A DNA stretch of 64,000 nucleotides from an uncultured Planctomycetaceae bacterium (GTDB taxonomy: Bacteria; Planctomycetota; Planctomycetia; Pirellulales; PALSA-1355), in the NCBI GenBank assembly GCA_963785305.1, contig CAWAUV010000007.1:992001-1056000 (forward strand). The letters run 5' to 3'. The notes under the pieces are model-generated. The model did no database searches and had not been told where the DNA came from. It was given only the letters and a program-made list of their open reading frames with translations. A program made the position numbers and the translations under genes. This document shows, piece after piece, positions 10,857 to 21,815 of the stretch; the stretch's first letter is position 1; every line of letters starts with the position of its first letter.

Positions 10857-11451
10857 TTATTTCCCGGGAAAGTCCGGTAGGTCGGCCAGAAAGGCCGGAT
10901 GCGCCTTGGTCAGCCAGAATGTATCGGGCGTCGATTCGTTTGATCCCGAGCACCTGCGACATCCGCATTCCGATGGCCAATCCCGACAATAGAACGAGAC
11001 CCCCGACGAGGAACGACAGAAACAGCCAATCATCTCCCGGTTTCGCGCTGAACGCCGCCGCCGCGATGAACACCGCGCCGGCCGCCAGCGGCGAGAGCCA
11101 CGCGATGAGAATCCCCCAACGACGTAGCGAGCGATGTCTCGGGCAGACGCCGATCTCGAGTGAGCCGGTTTTGCGCACCAGCAATGCCACGACCAAATAG
11201 ATCAGCAATCCGGGTCCGATCAACAACAACAGAAACCAGTAGGGTGAATGCCAACTATACTTTCGTTTGAGCCGGCGTTCGCCGACCTCTTCGTTGCATC
11301 GAACGCACCGCCCGGGGAGTATGGCCCCTTTCCGCGCAACGAGCACGTCGCCGTCTCGATAGACCTGCTCGGAGGTTTCGACCGACATGGGACGGTCGAC
11401 GGTTCGAGGCGCCTGATAAGGATTCAGGCTTTGCGGGTCTTGCATGGGCAT
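10857..11451 (-). CDS. Membrane protein with NPYQAP N-terminal motif and CxxC (indel near 10918)
   Basis: LNPYQAP, LPGRCVRCN, GVCPRH and three hydrophobic segments. The shifted C-terminus reads WLTKAHPAFLADLPDFPGK*. Confidence 0.75.
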
Positions 11452-11594
11452 CGGCGTGGAACACCGCCAAAAACGAACGAAAAAACCTAGCCAGAAAAGC
11501 ATTATGGCCGGCCCTATTTGCCCGAGTCAAATCCGTCGACGAGCGCTGATTCGCGCCCGCCCAGCGTCGGGGCGGAAACGGCGGCGGAATCCAA

Positions 11595-11621
11595 CAGCCT
11601 GTTGAAATATTTAACAAGCTG
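11595..11621. repeat. Short imperfect palindrome, copy A
   Basis: CAGCCTGTTGAAATATTTAACAAGCTG; a related copy is at 56633-56663. Confidence 0.6.
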
Positions 11622-11695
11622 ATAAGCCTGAATCGCGAGCGAAGGCTTGCTCCGGCCGGGATTAAGAAGAATCCTTCGCTGGCGCGTTAGGCTTG

Positions 11696-11738
11696 TGAAG
11701 ATTGTCGCGCTCGGGGGATGAAGATTGTCGCGCTCGGG
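11696..11738. repeat. 20-bp direct repeat, 23-bp period
   Basis: TGAAGATTGTCGCGCTCGGG at 11696-11715 and 11719-11738. Confidence 0.9.
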
Positions 11739-11776
11739 AATTCTTGCGCTCACGACGCAATCGGTCCGCGCGATCG

Positions 11777-13252
11777 TCAGGCGATGATCTGCCGGATCGG
11801 GTCGACGTGTTCCACTCCGACCAGTTTTTGATTCAGACCGCTATAGAAATACGACAGGCGGTTTGGGTCGAAGCCCATCTGGTTGAGCACCGTGGCGTGC
11901 AAATGTTTCACATGGAAGGGATCGGTCACGGCGGCGGCGCCGAGCTCGTCGGTCTCGCCCACGCTCACCCCGCCCCGAATACCGCCGCCGGCCATCCACA
12001 TCGTGAAGCCATAGGCGTTGTGGTCGCGGCCGGTTCCTTCGGCGTATTCGGCCGTGGGCTGGCGGCCGAACTCACCGCCCCAGACCAGCAGGGTCTCGTC
12101 GAACAAGCCGCGCCGCTTGAGGTCTTTAATCAGGCCGGCGATGCACTTGTCGGTGCGGCCGGCGTGGAAGTTGTGGTTCTTGAACAGATCTCCGTGGGCG
12201 TCCCAATTGTCGTCGTTGTGGGCGCCGCCGGCATAGAGTTGAATGAACCGCACGCCCCGCTCGACCAATCGCCGGGCCAGGAGGCAGCGGCGGCCGAAGT
12301 CTGCGGTGCGGTCTTCGTCGATGCCGTAGAGCGACAGCGTTTCGGCGGTCTCTTGGCTCATGTCGACCGCTTCCGGGCAATGCTGCTGCATCTTGAAGGC
12401 GAGCTCATAGCTGGCCACGCGGCTTGCCAGGTCGAGATTGTCGCCGCGGTTGGCCAGGTGCTCGCCATTGGCCGCGGCTAGTTCGTCGAGCATGGTCCGC
12501 TGCATTTCTCGCGTCACGTTGGGCGGCAGGTTCAAGTCGAGAATCGGAGTTCCCGCGGCGCGGAGCACGGTTCCTTGATAGGTCGCGGGCATGTAGCCGC
12601 TCGACCAGTTCTTGGCCCCGCTGATGGGGCCGCCGGTCGGATCGAGCATCACCACGAAGCCGGGCAGGTTTTCATTCACGCTGCCCATGCCGTAGTTGAC
12701 CCAGGAGCCGAGACAGGGGCTGCCACTGAGAATCTTGCCGCTATTCATTTGCAGCATGGCCGAGCCGTGGATCGGCGAATCGGCGGTCATCGACTTGATG
12801 AGCGCGATGTCGTCGATGCAGGTAGCCAGGTGCGGGAAGAGATCGGAGACCCAGGTTCCACTTTGGCCATATTGTTTGAACTTCCACTTGGGGCCCACGA
12901 CCCGGCCCTGGTCCTTCGAGCCGCCGCGGCCTTTGGTTTTCACCGGAATCGTTTGGCCATCGAGTTCATAGAGCTTGGGTTTGTAGTCGAAGGTGTCGAC
13001 ATGGCTCGGCCCGCCATACATGAAAAGGAAGATCACGCTCTTGGCCTTGCCCGGAAAATGCGCCGGCTTGGCCGCGAGCGGATTGGCGATCGGGCGCGCC
13101 GCGGCCGATGATTCGGCGCCGCGGGCCGCGCGGCCGAAGAAGCCGTCGGCGCTCAAGAGGCCGGTCATGGCCACCGAGGTAAAGGCCCCGCCGGCTTCCC
13201 ACAAAAACTCGCGCCGGGTGCGGTGGCAGAACGATCCGCGCTTGTCGCTCAT
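11777..13252 (-). CDS. DUF1501 family protein
   Basis: Tat-like TRREFL, AKSVIFLFMYGGPSHVDTFDYKP, LLARRLVERGVRF, WDAH, GEFGR and GRDHN motifs. Confidence 0.95.
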   Translation of the reverse strand: MSDKRGSFCHRTRREFLWEAGGAFTSVAMTGLLSADGFFGRAARGAESSAAARPIANPLAAKPAHFPGKAKSVIFLFMYGGPSHVDTFDYKPKLYELDGQTIPVKTKGRGGSKDQGRVVGPKWKFKQYGQSGTWVSDLFPHLATCIDDIALIKSMTADSPIHGSAMLQMNSGKILSGSPCLGSWVNYGMGSVNENLPGFVVMLDPTGGPISGAKNWSSGYMPATYQGTVLRAAGTPILDLNLPPNVTREMQRTMLDELAAANGEHLANRGDNLDLASRVASYELAFKMQQHCPEAVDMSQETAETLSLYGIDEDRTADFGRRCLLARRLVERGVRFIQLYAGGAHNDDNWDAHGDLFKNHNFHAGRTDKCIAGLIKDLKRRGLFDETLLVWGGEFGRQPTAEYAEGTGRDHNAYGFTMWMAGGGIRGGVSVGETDELGAAAVTDPFHVKHLHATVLNQMGFDPNRLSYFYSGLNQKLVGVEHVDPIRQIIA

Positions 13253-13319
13253 GGTCGGAACTCCCCTCGGGAATGAATGTGACGTTCGCCGGCTGTTTGA
13301 CCCGCGCCGGCGAAAAGAA

Positions 13320-16227
13320 TCAGTCGAGATACATAAACTCGTTGCGGTTCAGCATCGTCAGGCAGTAGCTCTTCCAGGCGTCGGGTTCGTCGAGCCCGAA
13401 TTTTGCTTGCAGTGTTTGCAAAAACGCGCGGGCCCGCTCGATTTCTTCGGGCCGCGCGGGCCGATTCGAGCGCTAGCCGCGCGGCGAGCGTGATTCGCGC
13501 CGTCGGATCGTCGCCCGCCTCCCGCTGGAGCCGCTTGGCAAACTCGGCCGCGGCGTCGTTCAGAAATTGGCTGTTGAGCATCGTGAGCGCTTGGCCGGGC
13601 TGCGTGGTGCAGAAGCGGGCTTCGCAACTGGTGTCGGTCTCGGGGAAGTCGAGCGTCGAGAGCAGCGGCGTGATCAGCGAACGCTTCACGAAAATATAAA
13701 CGCTCCGCCGCGACTGCTCCTCGGGCGACGACTTGCCCCAGTTCAGGCCCGGTTGCGACTGCGTGGCCAGCACCTCGCGCGAGATCTCGGGATAAATGCT
13801 CGGGCCATGCATCTTGAGATTCAATTGGCCATCGACGGCGAGGATCGAATCCCGAGCTTCCTCGGCGCTGAGCCGCCGCATGTCGAAATGCGAGAAAAGA
13901 TCGTTTGCCGGATCGGCCGCCAGCGCCGCCTCGCTCGGGCGAGATGACATGCGATAGGCGCTCGAAAGCATAATCAGCCTGTGAAGCGGTTTGAGCCGCC
14001 AGCCGCCGCGCACCAGTTCGCTGGCCAAATAGTCGAGCAGTTCGGGATGAGTCGGCGGAGTTCCAAGGTTTCCGAAGTTGTTCGACGACCGCACGATGCC
14101 GCGGCCGAAATGATGCTGCCACACGCGATTGGCCATCACTCGGCTGGTGAGTTTGTTGTCGGGCGAGGCGAGCCAGTCGGCCAATTGCAAGCGGCGCTGG
14201 CTGGTGCGATTGGCGGCTTCGGGCGCGGGCGGGCGAACGCCTCCGCCGCCCAATACGGCCGGAAAGCCCGGCTCGACTCGCTCGCCAGGCGAATGCGGAT
14301 TGCCGCGCTGCATCACGAACATCGCCTCGGGATTCGCCGTCGCCTCGCGAGCCGCGAAGGCGTAATCGTTCGGAACCTTCTCGCCGTTGAGCCGGTCGAG
14401 CTTCTTGAGCAGCGCTTTGTATTTTCTGGTGTCCTCTTGGCCGAAGATCTCCTCGCCGTGTCGATTCACGAGGTCGCGAATGTCGCGATTCTTGCGCGGT
14501 CGTTTCGATTCCGCGAGCCGCGAGAGCGGACGCTGCTTGAAGCCGGGACCGGACCAATTGACGGCAAGCCCCAGTCCGCCGACGCGCTGGAAGTAAGCGA
14601 GCTCGATCGGCGCGGCGCCTTTCTTGAGTTTCATGGCGGCGACGCGCGGCGTGCCCAGGCCGTGGATGCCATCGTATTCGGCCACAAGCTGCCCATCGAC
14701 GACAAGGCGGCTGCCGTCGTCGGAGTCGAGCTCGAACGTGTATTCGCCGTCGGCCGGCACATTGAGCACTCCGGTGAACACGAAGCCGAAAGCCAACTCC
14801 CGCGTCGCCGGGCTTAAGTCGAAATATCCGAGGGGCAACGCGCCGATCGACTCCGGCTTCAATAAGCTGAAGTCCGGCAGCAGATCCCAAGAGTCGCGAT
14901 AGTAGCGATACTCGAGATTCGTCATGTCGGGCCGCAACGCCGAGGAGTCGTTTTCGCGTTGGTAGCGCACCGCCAGGATCTCCTCGAACTCCTGGAACTC
15001 GCGACCGGCGTCTTTGCGGCGCTCCTGCAATTCCTGCTCGGCGACGCGGTAAGCTTTTTCTTTTTCGGGCGATTCGAAGATCGGGACCTCGACATTCGGC
15101 CCCACGCCACTCATCGGCTTCATGCCCAAGAACATCGCCCCCAGCCGGTAATAGTCGCGCTGCAAGATCGGGTCGATCTTGTGGTCATGGCAGCGGGCGC
15201 AATTCACGGTGAGGCCGAGCATGGCTTGGCTGGTGGTGGTGATGAGATCATCGAGTTGATCGAACTTGGCTTGTTCGCGATCGGCCGGTTCGTCGTCCCA
15301 AACGCCGAGTCGACAGTAGCCGGTGGCGGTGATGGTCTCGGCGGTCACGGTGGGCAGTTCGTCACCGGCGATCTGTTCACGGAGGAACTGATCGTAGGGC
15401 TTGTCGTCGTTGAACGCGCGGATCACGTAGTCGCGATAGCGCCACACATGGGGTTTGGTTCCGTCACGCTCGTAGCTATTGCTCTCGGCGAAGCGCACCA
15501 CATCCAGCCAGTGTCGGCCCCAGCGTTCGCCATGGTGCGGCGAGGCGAGCAGCCGATCGACGACATGTTCGAAGGCCCTGGGATCGCCGTCGGCCAGAAA
15601 CGCATCGACCTCGGCTAGCGTCGGCGGCAGGCCGGTCAGATCGTAAGTGGCGCGGCGAAGTAGCGCGACTTTATCAGCCGGCGGCGCGGGAGCAAGACCG
15701 CGCTCATCGAGCTTGGCCAAGATGAAATTATCGACCGGAGTGGCGACCCAAGCCGAGTCCTTCACCGCTGGAGGCGTTTGCGGCGCGACCGGCTCGAAGG
15801 CCCAGTGGTTCTTCCACTCGGCGCCCGAGCGAATCCATTCCCGCACGAGCGCCACCTGTTCGGCGCTGAGCGGCTTGTCTTTGGGCGGCATCCGCGTGCT
15901 TTCGTCGTCGGAGGCGATCCGCCGCAGCATCTCGCTTTCGTCGGGCTTGCCCGGCACGACCGCCTGCTCGCCCGAATCGAGCTTCGCGAGCACGCCCTCG
16001 CGGCTCGTGAGTCGCAGGCTGCCTTCGCCCTTGTCGGGCCCGTGGCAAGCGAAGCAGCGCCGCGCGAGGAGCGGCAAAACATCGTGGGCAAAATCGACTT
16101 TGGCCGTCGGCTGGGCCGGGGTCCGCGCCGGTTCGGCCGCGGTGGAAATGGCGCCCGCGGCGAGGAGGAGCATCGCGGTCAGAGGAGCCGCGAGCCGAAC
16201 AAATGCCGAATGCGAGATTCGATCCAT
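13320..16227 (-). CDS. Planctomycete cytochrome c / DUF1549 / PA14 / DUF1553 (PSD1) protein (indel near 13470)
   Basis: Heme motifs CFACH and CARCHDHK, GERWGRHWLD, PA14 segment FELDSDDGSRL, RVMANRVWQHHFGRG and PTHPELLDYLA. The shifted C-terminus is NEFMYLD*. Confidence 0.93.
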
Positions 16228-16421
16228 GATGCAAATGGCTCTGTGGTTTAGCGGAGGCGGGAAAAGGGGCGGCGGGGTGGGGTCGCGAACAAGCCTCTCT
16301 CATTATTATCGAGCGATCGGGGCCGAGGCAATGAAAAAATCGCTCATTTTGTTGTAGGGAATGCGTCAAGGCCGCATTGCCGTCAGCCCGCGGAGCTCGC
16401 GTTTTCGCCGTTCGCCCCGTG

Positions 16422-17370
16422 TCACGCGAATTTTCGCCCAGCCGCGCGGAGATCAATGCCCGCCGGCGATGGATGAACCATCGGATGCAGTAGATGCGCC
16501 AAAATCTCGAGACTCTCCACGAGCCGCGGCCCGGATCGATTGAAATACGCATTGCCATCGACGATCCAGTTGCGTCCCATCCGGGTCGAGCTCAAGTCGC
16601 GCCAGCGGGGCAGGGTGGTAAGGCGTCGCGCTTCGAGGGCAGTCCGTTCGAGATCGAAGCCGCAGGGCATCACGACGAGCACTTCGGGGTCGAACTCGGC
16701 GACCCGCTCCCAGGACGTCGCGACGCTATGTTCGCCCGGCCGGGCAAAGCCGCCATCGTCGCCGGCGGCCAATTTCGTGAGCTCGGGCATCCAATTGGCG
16801 GCGAGAAACACCGGTTCGACCCATTCGATGAGCGCTACCCGGGGCCACGCGTGGGCTGGAATCTCGGCCGAACGGCGCCGCACGGCTTCGACCCTGGCCA
16901 CGAGCGCCGCGACGCGCTCTTCGCCCGCGGCGCTGGCGCCGGCCGCTTGGGCCACGCGGCGGATATCGGCGAACACGTCGTTGAGCGAAGTCGGATTGAG
17001 GGCCGCGACCGGGCAGCTCGCCAGGGCCGCCGAATCGCGCACCATTTGCAGCACATCGTCGAACTTCACCGCGCACACATCGCACTGGGCTTGGGTGACG
17101 ATCAACTCCGGCCGCAAGCGCTCGACGAGTTGCACATCGACGCCATAGAGCGGCTCGCCGGCCTCGAGCAGCCAGCGCACTTGGCGATCGATCGCCGCGC
17201 TATCGGCCGACGAATCGACGTTGGAAAACGTGGCCCGCGGCAAGCGGCGCGGCTTCCGGCGGCCAATCACACTCATGACTCACGGCGACGACGCGCTCGC
17301 CCAGGCCGATCGAGAAGAGAATCTCGGTGGCGCTCGAAAGCAGCGAAACGATACGCTGGGGACTTGCCAT
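16422..17370 (-). CDS. BtuF/TroA-like cobalamin/Fe-siderophore binding-fold protein without signal peptide (indel near 17250)
   Basis: [42 protein letters not shown] and [14 protein letters not shown] motifs. Confidence 0.85.
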
Positions 17371-17457
17371 GCCGGCAAGCATAACAGCCGCCGTGGCGGA
17401 ATCAACGGCGCGACCGGGCCGACGCCGCCTCGGCGGCCATGATCGACCGTCACGCGA

Positions 17458-18770
17458 TCAGACCTCGACCAGCATTCGCATCGGCTCCTCGATCACGTCC
17501 TTGATGCGCTTGAGGAAAGTGACGGCGCCTTGTCCGTCGACGATACGGTGATCGTAGGTGAGGGCAAGGTTCATGATCGGCCGGATCACGATTTGGCCGT
17601 TGCGCGGCACGACACGATCTTGGATCGAGTGCAGGCCGAGAATGCCGCTTTGGGGCGGATTCACGATCGGCGTCGAGAGCAGCGAGCCATAGACGCCGCC
17701 GTTGGAAATCGTGAATGTTCCGCCTTGCAATTCCTCGAGCTGCAAACGGTTTTCCGCGCGCGGCCGGCAAGCTCCGCGATCGCCAACTCGATTTCGGCGA
17801 AGCTCATGCGGTCGGCGTCGCGGAGGATCGGCACCACGAGCCCCTTGCCGCCGCCCACGGCGATGCCGATATCGTAGTAGTTGTGATACACGATATCGTT
17901 GCCGCGGATGTAGGCGTTTACTTGCGGCACGAGCTTAAGCGCGTCGATCGCGGCCTTGATGAAGAACGACATAAAGCCGAGCTTCACGCCATAGCGATCT
18001 TGGAAAGTCTGCTTGTGCTCGTTGCGTAGGGCCATCACCGCCGACATGTCCACCTCGTTGAACGTGGTGAGCAGGGCCGCGGTCTGCTGGGCTTCGACCA
18101 ACCGCTGCGCGATGCGGCGGCGAATGGCGGTCATCGGAACCACTTCTTCCTCGCGGGCGCCTTTCGACTTGGCCGACAAGGGCATCGACACCGTCTCGGG
18201 CGTCGAGGTGAGCATGGCCTGGGCGGGGCGCATGGCCGGGGGGCCGGCGCCATCGCCCGACTTCGTGGTTTTGACGCGACCCGCGCCGTCTTGATGGCGG
18301 CTGGACGATAGGTGTTCTTTATTGCGACTCGAAGTTTCGATCAGGCTTGCCGCCTGGGCCTTGGCCGCCGCGGCCGCTTCGCTATCGGCGGCGTCGTAGT
18401 GCGCGGCGACCGGTTCCGGCTTGATCGCGGAAGCGGGGAGTGTCTTGGCGGTCGGCGGCGCCGCGCGCTCCGATCGCGGCGGGGCGGGCGGCTCGGGCTT
18501 CGCGGCCGGAGCGGCTTTCGCGGCCGGTTGCCCGGCTTCCTCCATGTAGCCGATCACTTCGCCCACGGCGGCGGTCTCGCCGCGCTTCTTGAGCATCTTG
18601 GTCACGGTGCCGGCAATCGGCGCCGGCAGCTCGACCGTGGCTTTGTCGGTCTCGATCTCGACCAGATTCTCATCTTTCTCGACCGGCTCCCCCTCGCGCT
18701 TTCGCCACTCGCCGATCTGCACTTCGGTGATCGACTCGCCAATGGGAGGCACTTTCAATTCGACAGGCAT
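17458..18770 (-). CDS. sucB: 2-oxoglutarate dehydrogenase E2 succinyltransferase (indel near 17752)
   Basis: Lipoyl domain [25 protein letters not shown] and catalytic YDHRIVDG. Confidence 0.95.
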
Positions 18771-19003
18771 GGTTCGGAAATCCTTGCGACTCGGATCGGT
18801 CCGCGACCATGAACAAGCAAGCCGGGGCGAAAAATCGCCGACGGATCGATCGCCCGCGCGAACCCATCGCTTGAGAGACAATAAGCTACTGGGTTGATTC
18901 TCGGAAAAAGAGCCAGCGGCAACGCGCGTGTTTGGGGTCGCCGCTGGCCTGGAAATTGTTCGGGGGGTATCCCCTTGGTTGTAATGGATTGTGCGCTCGG
19001 TCG

Positions 19004-21815
19004 TCAAATACAACCAAACGCCTGCATCAACAATTCCTTCTGCTCCATCAGGTGGCTACTCGCGAGCCGGTCGCCGGGCTCGACGCGCAGCGACGATAGA
19101 TGCCGGAAAACGGCAGGCGGTCGAAGAGATCGGCGCCGTAGCGGGCGAGCAGAAATCGCCAAATGCCCATGTTTTCGGGCGATTCTTGCACCCAGTAGAC
19201 CGGCGTGCCGTCGGGGTAGGGGGCCAAGGCTTCCTTGAGCTCGTGCAGCGGCAGCGGGTAAATCTGCTCCATTCGCACGATCGCCACATCGTGGCGGCCA
19301 AGCTGCTCGCGCTCTTTCTCGAGCTCGTAATAAATCTTGCCCGAGCACATGAGCACTCCCTCGACATTGGCCCGGCGGGGATTCGAGTCGGGAATCACGC
19401 GCTGGAAGCGGCCGGTCGCGAGGTCGCCAAGGCTCGACAACGGAACTCGGAGCATGCTCTTGGGCGCCATCACGATTAGCGGCTTGCGCCACCGCTTGAG
19501 CACCTGGCGCCGCAGCAAATGAAAATATTGCGCCGGCGTGGTCGGATGCACGATCTGCATATTATGGTCCGCCCCGAGCTGCAGGAATCGCTCGAGACGC
19601 GCCGAGGAATGCTCGGGCCCCTGGCCTTCGAATCCGTGCGGCAACAGCATCACCAGCCCGCTCAGCCGGCGCCACTTGGCTTCGGCGCTGGCGATGAACT
19701 GGTCGATGATCACCTGGGCCACGTTCACGAAGTCGCCGAACTGGGCTTCCCACAACACGAGCCCGTCGGGGCAATCGAGGCTGAAGCCATATTCGAATCC
19801 CAGCACGCCGATTTCACTCAGCGGGCTGTTGTAAATCTCGATCGGCGCTTGGTTCTTTTCCAAGTGCTGCAGCGGCATGTAGCGGTGGCCGTCTTCGTAG
19901 TCGTGCAAGAGGGCATGGCGCTGGCTGAAGGTGCCGCGCGTGCAATCCTGGCCGCTGAGGCGAACGCGATGCCCCTCGGTGGCCAACGTGGCGAACGCCA
20001 GCGATTCGGCCGACGCCCAGTCCAGGAGCTTTTCGCCCCGGGCCATCGCCGCCCGTTCATCGAGAATCTTGGTGATCTTCGGGTGTGGATGAAAGTCGCT
20101 TGGCAACACGGTTTGCTTGAGAAGCAGCCCGCGCAGACGATCGAGCGCCGCGCCGGTGTTCACGTCGGGCACGTCGTTTTCGCGCCCCCGACATAGCCGG
20201 CCCAAATGCCCGCGTTCGAGTCGTCGCGAAACACATAGTCGTTGCTGCGGGCCACGGAGAGCTCGTGTTCGAGTTCCTCGTGCATTTCCTTCGAGATCGC
20301 GTCCGCCTCTTCCTTCGTGATTTGGCCCAGCTTCAAGAGCCGCTTGAGATAGCCCTCGCGCACCGGCTTGCGCTCCTTGATGGCGCGATACATGAGCGGC
20401 TGGGTGAATTCGGGCTCGTCGCCCTCGTTGTGACCGCGACGACGGTAACAATACATGTCGATCACGACGTCGCGTTTGAACTCGCGGCGGAAGTCCATCG
20501 CCAGCCGCACCACTTGGGCCACGGCCTCGGGATCTTCACCATTGACGTGGAAGATCGGAATCTGCAGCATCTTGGCGATGTCGGTGGCGTAGGTGGTCGA
20601 GCGGCCATCGACCGGCGAGGTCACGAAGCCGATCTGATTGTTGACCACCACATGCATCGTGCCGCCGGTCGAGTAGGCCGGAAGCTGGCTCATGTTGAAC
20701 GTTTCTTGCACCACGCCCTCGCCGGCAAACGCGGCGTCGCCGTGGATCAAGAGCGTCATCGCCTCGTCGCGCTCCTTGTTGCCGGCCAGGTCTTGCTTGG
20801 CGCGCACTCGGCCCAGGGCCACGGGATTGACGAACTCCAAATGGCTCGGGTTGAAGCAGAGCGAAAGGTGAACCTTCTGCCCGCCGACCGTGGTCCAGTC
20901 GCTCGAATACCCGAGATGGTATTTCACGTCGCCGCGGCCCAGGTGCAGCTTGGGGTCGATATCGGCGAACTCGCGAAAGATGTTTTGCGGGCTCTTGTGC
21001 ATGATATTGGCCAGCACATTCAGCCGGCCGCGATGCGCCATGCCGAACACAATCTCCTTGATGCCCTGATCGCCGGCTTTTTCGATCGTCAGGTCCAAGA
21101 GCGGAATCAGGCCCTCGGCGCCCTCGAGCGAAAAACTCTTGGCCCCAGGGAAACGCTTTTGGATGAACTCCTCGAACAGCGTGGCGCTCGTCAGGCGGCG
21201 GAGCACGCGGAGTTGTTCATCGCGCGTGAGCTTGATCCGATTTTCCGTCGCCTCCATCCGGTCGAGCAGCCAATCGCGCACGCTCAGATCGTCCATGTGC
21301 ATGAACTGCACGCCGATCGAGCGGCAATACGTGTTGCGCAGCCGCTCGACGATCCGCCGCAGGGTGCTGATATCGGGCCCACGCATCGTGTCGGTCGAAA
21401 AGCGGCGCTCCATGTCGGCTTCGGTAAAGCCGTAATACTCCGGTTCGAGCTCCGGTTGCGGCGCCCGGGCCATGCGCAGCGGATCGATCTTGGCGACCAT
21501 GTGTCCGCGCACCCGATAGGCGCGCACCAATTGGTCGACGCGATCTTGGAGCAGGGCCATTTCAAGGTCGTGGCGTCCGTTGACGCCGCCGCTGATCGTC
21601 TTGGCCGGCGGATTGAAGAGGCTCGACGGGCGGAACGACGGGCCCAGCCGCGGCGAACCCAGCGGCAGCGAGCCGTTCATGCGTTGGAAATAGTCGCGCC
21701 AATCGGCCGAGACCGCCGAGGGATCGGCGAGGTAGTCGGCGTAGAGTCCCTCGATAAAGTCGAGGCTTAGGCTATTGGGTATCGGTTCCGTATCGGACGA
21801 GGGCACGTTTAACAT
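19004..21815 (-). CDS. sucA: 2-oxoglutarate dehydrogenase E1 (indels near 20187 and 19065)
   Basis: [42 protein letters not shown] and [12 protein letters not shown] motifs. The shifted end is [13 protein letters not shown]. Confidence 0.96.

Noticed and set aside
10866..10877. GGGAAAGTCCGG resembling the RNase P RNA signature
   Set aside because: It lies inside a coding region on the opposite strand, and the other RNase P conserved elements are absent.
17371..17457. Cobalamin riboswitch upstream of the BtuF-like gene
   Set aside because: Only about 90 bp are available and no B12-box consensus is seen.
20265..21770. Long antisense ORFs (also 49042..50643, 52058..53872 and 22692..24440)
   Set aside because: They are typical high-GC shadow frames opposite well-supported genes.
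17458..21815. Programmed frameshifting or true pseudogenisation of sucAB (also guaA and nadK)
   Set aside because: Indels are scattered throughout the window, hit essential genes and lack a shared slippery motif, so sequencing error is far more parsimonious.
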